Part shown: piece after piece, positions 59,025-64,000 of the stretch | Position numbering within the stretch: the stretch's first letter is position 1 | Layout of the letters: every line of letters begins with the position of its first letter | From: Acidimicrobiales bacterium | GTDB taxonomy: Bacteria > Actinomycetota > Acidimicrobiia > Acidimicrobiales > VFJN01 | Assembly: GCA_030681555.1 (NCBI GenBank) | Contig: JAUXRW010000025.1 | Location: 37,710-101,709, forward strand | Reading direction: 5' to 3' | Length of the DNA: 64,000 nt | Position numbers and translations under genes: made by a program | The notes under the pieces: model-generated | What the model was told of the DNA's origin: nothing | The model's input: only the letters and a program-made list of their open reading frames with translations | Databases searched by the model: none

Positions 59025-59531
59025 TCAGCGGGTCGTCGCTCGGCGCAGGCCCGTGTAGCCGTACTGGCTCACGTCGGCCACGGTGACGGCGGCGGCTCCA
59101 GATGCCACGAGCCGCGCCGCACGCGGCGCGATGGCATAGAGAACCGTGAGCGCAGTCGCGATCCAGACGGAGAGGCAGAACGGGCACGTCAGCAGCTCGC
59201 CGATCGCGCCCCGCACGCCCGTGGGAGCGGGCTTGGAGTTGAGCTCGGATCCGTCGCCGGGCTCCGCCTCCTCCACGAAAGGCTCCCGGAAGGGAGCCAG
59301 CACCTTCTCCTTGGTCAGGAGGCGGCTGAGCTTGAAGGTAGCGATGCCCAGCAGCAGGGTGTCCTGTGGCTGGGGCACGGCGAGGCGCCGACCGCTGGCC
59401 CGGAGGGCGAGGGTGGCCAGGCCCGCCGCAGTCACGTAGGTGGCGAGGAGGGGCTCGTACTTCGGCCGCTCCTGGCGAGGGGCGGCCGGTGGGCTGGGAT
59501 GGTGCTCGATGGGGGTGGCGGGGGCGGTCAC
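59025..59531 (-). CDS. DUF1360 domain membrane protein
   Basis: GTG 59531 overlaps the upstream stop (GTGA). It has FKLSRLLTKEKV...REPF and GELLTCPFCLSVWIA, typical of DUF1360. Confidence 0.75.
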   Translation of the reverse strand: MTAPATPIEHHPSPPAAPRQERPKYEPLLATYVTAAGLATLALRASGRRLAVPQPQDTLLLGIATFKLSRLLTKEKVLAPFREPFVEEAEPGDGSELNSKPAPTGVRGAIGELLTCPFCLSVWIATALTVLYAIAPRAARLVASGAAAVTVADVSQYGYTGLRRATTR

Positions 59532-60016
59532 GACGACTCGTCCCCCCCGGTGGGACGGCTGGTGTGCGCCGGGTGGCCGGGCGTGCGGCGCTGCTCCTTG
59601 AGCTCCGCCTCGTACACGTGCCGCCGGCCCGACATGAGCTCCTCGCGGATCGCGGTCTCGATCTCGTGGACCGGCTGGTAGTACGAGCGCTCGAACTCCT
59701 CGACCATCTGGAAGGTCCAGCGGCCGTCGAGCACGTTGCGACCGACCACCTCCCGGCGAAGGACCTCGGCCTGTTTCGTGCACCCCGCCGCCTCGAGCGC
59801 GTCGGCGGCGTCGCCGAACAGGAAGTCGGCCCGACCGGTCATCTGGTGGAAGTCGAACAGACGGCCCCGGAGACGCTCGACCCACTCGAACGCCTCGCTC
59901 ACCTTGCCCACGGCGTCGACGAGGGCGTCCGAGGTCCCCTCCGGTCGCTGATGGGCCTGGTCCGGAACGAACGCCTGGTCGGTTGTCTCCACGACCGGAG
60001 CCTTGCCCCCGCCCAC
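59528..60016 (-). CDS. hypothetical protein (162 aa)
   Basis: It is translationally coupled to the DUF1360 gene, with protein-like composition and high GC3. I recognise no domain. Confidence 0.6.
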   Translation of the reverse strand: MGGGKAPVVETTDQAFVPDQAHQRPEGTSDALVDAVGKVSEAFEWVERLRGRLFDFHQMTGRADFLFGDAADALEAAGCTKQAEVLRREVVGRNVLDGRWTFQMVEEFERSYYQPVHEIETAIREELMSGRRHVYEAELKEQRRTPGHPAHTSRPTGGDESS

Positions 60017-60100
60017 CGGCTCCTACACGAACCCCCGGAGCGGTTTCCCGAGACGCGGGGTAGGGCATGCTTGGTGATATGCGCCTGGCCCGGAGCGTGG

Positions 60101-60469
60101 ATGACGCCGACTGACGCCGAGCACGATGCAGCGGACGGCTCCTACGGCTTCCAGGTCGATGTCCGTTCGGACGGCCCGGAGGTCTCCCTCGAGCTCCTCG
60201 GCCGCCTGGACATCGCCGCTGCACCCACCTTTCGAGGCTGCCTCGACGAGATCGACGACGACGTCCGTACGGTGGTCCTTGATCTGGCGATGCTCGAGTT
60301 CATCGACTCCAGCGGCGTCGGCGAGCTCGTGCGGCTCCGCCGCGCCTGCGAGGTCGACTATCGGGTGCTGATCCTCCGGGATCCACAGCCCCGCGTCGCC
60401 TACGTCCTCGAACTCACCGGGCTGGACCGGCTCGTGTGCACGCCGCCCGGCGGCTCAGAACCCGACTGA
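60101..60469 (+). CDS. STAS-domain anti-sigma-factor antagonist (SpoIIAA/RsbV-like), copy 1
   Basis: GGAG lies 5 nt upstream of ATG 60101. LDLAMLEFIDSSGVGELV carries the conserved phosphorylatable Ser context (DSSG). Confidence 0.8.
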   Translation: MTPTDAEHDAADGSYGFQVDVRSDGPEVSLELLGRLDIAAAPTFRGCLDEIDDDVRTVVLDLAMLEFIDSSGVGELVRLRRACEVDYRVLILRDPQPRVAYVLELTGLDRLVCTPPGGSEPD

Positions 60470-60844
60470 GGCGTGCAGCGGCAAGCGGCACCAGACCCGC
60501 TTGCCCTGGGACCGGGGCTCCACGCCCCACTCCTGCGAAGCGTTGGCTACCAGGAACATCCCCCGGCCACCCAGGGCGTCCGGGTCGGGCTCACGCACCA
60601 CCGGCATGGCGGCGCTGTGGTCGGTCACCGCAACGAACACGTCGCCGTCCGTCTCCACCTCCACGGCGAAGGCCGTCCGGGCGTGCAACACCGCGTTGCT
60701 CGCCAGCTCGCTCGTGACGAGCTGGGCGACCTCGAGGAGCGCCTCCCGATTCGCTGCTCGCTCGGGGAGGGCCCCCACGACGAAGGCGCGGGCGTCACGC
60801 ACGCTCTCGAGGGTCGGCTCGAACGTGCGGTGCCAGCGGCGCAT
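60455..60844 (-). CDS. RsbW/SpoIIAB-like serine kinase anti-sigma factor (HATPase_c_2)
   Basis: ATG 60844. It has the N-box TSELASNAVLHA and G-box GGRGMFLV. Its 3-prime end overlaps STAS copy 1 by 15 nt (convergent). Confidence 0.8.
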   Translation of the reverse strand: MRRWHRTFEPTLESVRDARAFVVGALPERAANREALLEVAQLVTSELASNAVLHARTAFAVEVETDGDVFVAVTDHSAAMPVVREPDPDALGGRGMFLVANASQEWGVEPRSQGKRVWCRLPLHASVGF

Positions 60845-60954
60845 GACCGTTGGGTACCCAGCAGGTGCTCTGGCGATCCCCTTGCGGGAGTAGGTTGGTC
60901 CGCCGTGGTGTCGAAGCGAGAGGCCCCGGGGCTCCGGGCCGTGCGAGGTGTCGG

Positions 60955-61275
60955 ATGACTGCAAACCTGCTGACGGTCGACGTCACCCGGAAGGAGGGCG
61001 TCGACGTCCTGACCCTGTCCGGTGAGCTCGATCTGAGCTCCGTGCCGGCCCTCGAAGAGGCGCTGGCCGGCGTCGCCCCGGGAGCAGAGCAGGTGGTCGT
61101 GGACCTCGGGCGCCTGCGGTTCATGGACTCGGCGGGCATCGGGTGCCTCGCCCGGGCCCAGCTCGAGCTGCGGAAGGCGAACCGGCGCCTCGTACTGCAC
61201 AGCCCCTCCGGGGCGGTCCGCAAGGTGCTGGAGATGACCGGTCTGGACCAGAAGATCGAGATCTCAGCTCCCTGA
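60955..61275 (+). CDS. STAS-domain anti-sigma-factor antagonist, copy 2
   Basis: ATG 60955. It has VVDLGRLRFMDSAGIGCL (DSAG Ser context) and the C-terminal VLEMTGL motif. Confidence 0.85.
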   Translation: MTANLLTVDVTRKEGVDVLTLSGELDLSSVPALEEALAGVAPGAEQVVVDLGRLRFMDSAGIGCLARAQLELRKANRRLVLHSPSGAVRKVLEMTGLDQKIEISAP

Positions 61276-61296
61276 TGCCCCGAGGGCGAGCGCGGC

Positions 61297-62445
61297 CTAC
61301 TGGAAACCGATCACGACGATGGCGACGTCGTCGGCCGTGTCCTCCTCCTGGTACCTGACGACGTCCTCGACGACGGCATCGGCCAGGTGCGGGGCGGTCG
61401 GTGCACCACCCGCCAGCAGCGACACCAGCCGCTCCTCACCGTAGAAGGCCCGCCCCGAGCGGCCCTCGGTGACGCCATCCGTGTACAGCACCAGCGCGTC
61501 ACCGGGGTCGAGGTCGAGGCCCACCTCGTCGAGGAGGGTGTCCGGAAAGAGCCCGAGCAACGAACCCGGGTGCCCGGCGCGGGTGACCGTGCCGTCCGAT
61601 CGGCGGATCAGCCCGTGCGGGTGGCCGGCGAGGCAGATCGACAGGTCCCAGCGCGGGCCGGCGCGGATGAGGCGCACGAGCGCGACGGTGAGGTGGCGCT
61701 CGGCACCGTGCACCAGGAGCGACTCGTTCAGGACCTCGAGCACCGTGGTGAGCCGACGCTCCCGGACCGCCGCGGCACGGATCGTGTGGCGGGCCAGTGC
61801 GGTGATGACGGCAGCTTCCACGCCCTTGCCGCAGACGTCCCCGATGGCGACGATCCAGTCGCCTTCGGACAGCTCGAAGATGTCATAGAAGTCGCCACCG
61901 ATCTCATCCCCGCCACCGGCGGGCCGGAAGGCAGCCCCGATGTCGAGGCCCGGGATCTTCGGCGGCGCCGGGGGGATGAAGGTCTTCTGCAGGGTCTGCG
62001 CCACCAGGCGCGCCTTGGCCTCCGACTGCTCGGCCCGTTGTCGCTCGCGGAGCAGCTCCTGCTCGTACTCGCGCCGGGCCGTGGCCGAGAAGACGGCGGT
62101 GCGGATCACCCGGGGGGACCCGGCGTCGTCGCGCTCCAGCACGGAGTTCACGAGCACGGGCAGCCGGTCGCCGTCCTCGCAGACGATCTCGAGGGCGATC
62201 TCGCGAGCTGCTCCCTGCATCTGCAGGGTAGGCAGGTAGTGGGTCTCGTGGTAGATCCGCCCGCCGGCGGAGAGCAGCTCGGAGAAGTGGCGACGGCCGA
62301 CGAGCTCGTCCCTCCCGTAGCCGGTCCACCCGAGGAAGGTGTCGTTGACCCGGATGATGCGCCCGTCGGGACTGGTCGAGAGGTACCCGCACGGGGCCCG
62401 CTGGTACAGCTCCTCCGCGTCGTCGTCGCCGTCGGGGTCAGGCAC
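61297..62445 (-). CDS. PAS-domain PP2C (SpoIIE/RsbP-type) serine phosphatase
   Basis: N-terminal PAS (YLSTSPDGRIIRVNDTFLGWTGYGRDELVGRRHF), coiled linker, then PP2C motifs GGDFYD, IGDVCGKGVEAA and LVLYTDGVTE. Confidence 0.88.
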   Translation of the reverse strand: MPDPDGDDDAEELYQRAPCGYLSTSPDGRIIRVNDTFLGWTGYGRDELVGRRHFSELLSAGGRIYHETHYLPTLQMQGAAREIALEIVCEDGDRLPVLVNSVLERDDAGSPRVIRTAVFSATARREYEQELLRERQRAEQSEAKARLVAQTLQKTFIPPAPPKIPGLDIGAAFRPAGGGDEIGGDFYDIFELSEGDWIVAIGDVCGKGVEAAVITALARHTIRAAAVRERRLTTVLEVLNESLLVHGAERHLTVALVRLIRAGPRWDLSICLAGHPHGLIRRSDGTVTRAGHPGSLLGLFPDTLLDEVGLDLDPGDALVLYTDGVTEGRSGRAFYGEERLVSLLAGGAPTAPHLADAVVEDVVRYQEEDTADDVAIVVIGFQ

Positions 62446-63241
62446 GCAGGAAGGCGTCGATGGCCTCGATCGTCGGACCCGGCGCGCTGAGGTGGGGGCA
62501 GTGGCCCGTCGCGTCGAGCAGCACCATGCGGGCGTCGGGCATGGTTCGCGTCACGTACTCGCCGACCTCGACCGGAGCGATGGCATCCGAGGAGCACTGC
62601 AGTACCAGGGTGGGCACGACCACCTTGGAGAGGTCGTCCCGGTTGTCGCTGCGGAAGGTGACCTCGGCGAAACGGCGGGCGATCGCCGGGTCGGTGGCGC
62701 AGAAGCTCGTGGTGAGCTCCTCGCCCAGCTCGGGCCGGTCGGCGTTGCCCATGATCACCGGCGCCATGGCGCTGGACCACCCGAGGTAGTTGGCCTCGAG
62801 GGAGTCGAGCAGCTCGGAGATGTCGGCCTCGGCGAAACCGCCGCGGTAGCCCTCGTCGTCGATGTAGCGCGGGGACGGGCCCACGAAGACGAGCTTGGCG
62901 AACCGCCCGGGCGCGGCGATGGCGGCCAACGCCCCGATCATGGACGAGACGGAGTGGCCGACGAAGACGACGTCGGTGAGGTCCAGCTCCTGGCAGATGT
63001 CCAGCACGTCCTGCACGTACCCGTCGAGGGTGCCGTAGCGTTCGGGGTCGTAGGGCGCCGTGCTGGCCCCGGAACCGACGTGGTCGAAGAGCAGCACCCG
63101 GTACCGGTCGGCGAAGGCGGGCGCGACGAGGCGCCACATGTTCTGGTCGCACCCGAAGCCGTGGGCGAAGAGGATCGGCTGGCCGTCGGAGACGCCCGAC
63201 TCGGTGATGTTGAAGCGCGCCACCACCTGCTCGACCTGCAC
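62438..63241 (-). CDS. RsbQ / KAI2-D14-like alpha/beta hydrolase
   Basis: It has an 8-nt overlap with the PAS-PP2C gene. Triad context is FVGHSVSSMIG (Ser), LQCSSDAIAP (Asp), ATGHCPHLSAP (His). Length and motifs resemble B. subtilis RsbQ. Confidence 0.85.
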   Translation of the reverse strand: MQVEQVVARFNITESGVSDGQPILFAHGFGCDQNMWRLVAPAFADRYRVLLFDHVGSGASTAPYDPERYGTLDGYVQDVLDICQELDLTDVVFVGHSVSSMIGALAAIAAPGRFAKLVFVGPSPRYIDDEGYRGGFAEADISELLDSLEANYLGWSSAMAPVIMGNADRPELGEELTTSFCATDPAIARRFAEVTFRSDNRDDLSKVVVPTLVLQCSSDAIAPVEVGEYVTRTMPDARMVLLDATGHCPHLSAPGPTIEAIDAFLRA

Positions 63242-63286
63242 GGTGGCAACGGTAGCGCCGTCGCCGGGCCCGGTGCCCAGGTTGGG

Positions 63287-64000
63287 TCAGGGGCGGTGCA
63301 GCCACTCGGCGAGGTCGGGCGACACCAGGGTGTGGACTCGTTCGAAGTACCGCGCCAGGTCACCTTCGTCCAGGAGCTCCCGCCACTGTCCGCTCGTGCC
63401 CTTGTGGAAGAACTTCGCCGGGTCGTGCCACTGCGCGGGGGTGGCGCCGGGCACGGTCCGCTCCGCCCGTGCCCGCATCTCGGCCCACGAGGCGGCCTGG
63501 ACGAGTTCCGGCCAGGTCGCCTCGGGGACCGTGATGCCCAGGTGGCCGGCCAACGCGCGCATGCGCGCCGGCAAATCCTCCTGCAGCTCGTCGTAGTGGA
63601 CGAGCACCACGTCCAGCTCGGCCGGGGCGTCCCAGAAGCTCTGCAGGTGGCGGGCGAGGAACCGCAGCCTGGGGGACGAGTTGGTCGTGTCGGTGTCGTC
63701 CTCGACGAAGGCCCAGAACCGCTCTATGGGGGTCGCCGCTCTCGGTGGCGGCGGCGCCAGCGGCGGCGGCTCGATACCGTCGATCCGCGCCGCCTCGGCC
63801 CGGCTCCGGGCGAACTCGTCCAGGTCGAGGTTGGCGAGATGGTTGTCCATGGAGATGGCGACGTCCCGGGGGTCGCGACCCACGACGATGTAGGTCACGG
63901 AGGGGTCGTGGGGCAGCCCGTCCAGGGGTGTGTGCGTCTTGATGATCCGTCGGTGCTGCTGGGCGCCCAGGTGGGCGAAGACGTCGGTACGGGCTCGCGT
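63287..64000 (-). CDS. sulfotransferase family protein (5-prime partial at window edge)
   Basis: The frame stays open to nt 64000 (..RRIIKTHTPLDGLPHDPSVTYIVVGRDPRDV). PAPS-binding-type motifs include KFFHKGTSGQWRELL. Confidence 0.8.
   Translation of the reverse strand, partial: TRARTDVFAHLGAQQHRRIIKTHTPLDGLPHDPSVTYIVVGRDPRDVAISMDNHLANLDLDEFARSRAEAARIDGIEPPPLAPPPPRAATPIERFWAFVEDDTDTTNSSPRLRFLARHLQSFWDAPAELDVVLVHYDELQEDLPARMRALAGHLGITVPEATWPELVQAASWAEMRARAERTVPGATPAQWHDPAKFFHKGTSGQWRELLDEGDLARYFERVHTLVSPDLAEWLHRP

Noticed and set aside
60845-60964. Upstream 40 codons of the RsbW-like kinase ORF (TTG 60964)
   Set aside because: This start would overlap the divergent STAS copy 2 start, and the extension is not protein-like. 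Kinase homology starts near ATG 60844.

Overview
This is a high-GC, densely coding, actinobacterial-type chromosomal window. Mycothiol- and F420-type enzymes, LPXTG proteins and DUF4012 support that placement. I call about 70 CDS or pseudogenes and 2 tRNAs. I saw no rRNA, CRISPR array, IS element or integrase. All product calls come from motif recognition by eye, with no database search.

The core content is an extended branched-chain amino-acid regulon: ilvB-ilvN-ilvC, leuA, leuC-leuD with a divergent IclR regulator, and leuB-ilvE-cimA. Also present are serA, serC, an aspartate aminotransferase, gltX, greA and cdd-deoA.

Three operons (ilvB, leuA, leuB-ilvE-cimA) are each preceded by a short leader ORF rich in the cognate amino acids, followed by an intrinsic-terminator hairpin. 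These look like classical attenuators and are not in the ORF track.

The accessory parts (about 1-18 kb and 49-64 kb) contain:
- an RsbQ/RsbP-like partner-switching cluster (alpha/beta hydrolase, PAS-PP2C, two STAS proteins, one RsbW-like kinase) with no sigma factor in the window, which I consider the most interesting candidate system;
- a 2.4-kb single-gene segment (TolB-propeller/RTX/LPXTG surface protein) bracketed by direct repeats of the tRNA-Gln 3-prime end;
- three sortase-type substrates with no sortase gene;
- an MMPL transporter frame that runs without a stop into an amidohydrolase;
- several decayed genes (PhoD fragment, DUF2188 frameshift, ABC permease stub, cyclase/TPR regulator).

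Many long ORFs in the six-frame track are antisense shadow ORFs typical of high-GC DNA and were rejected.
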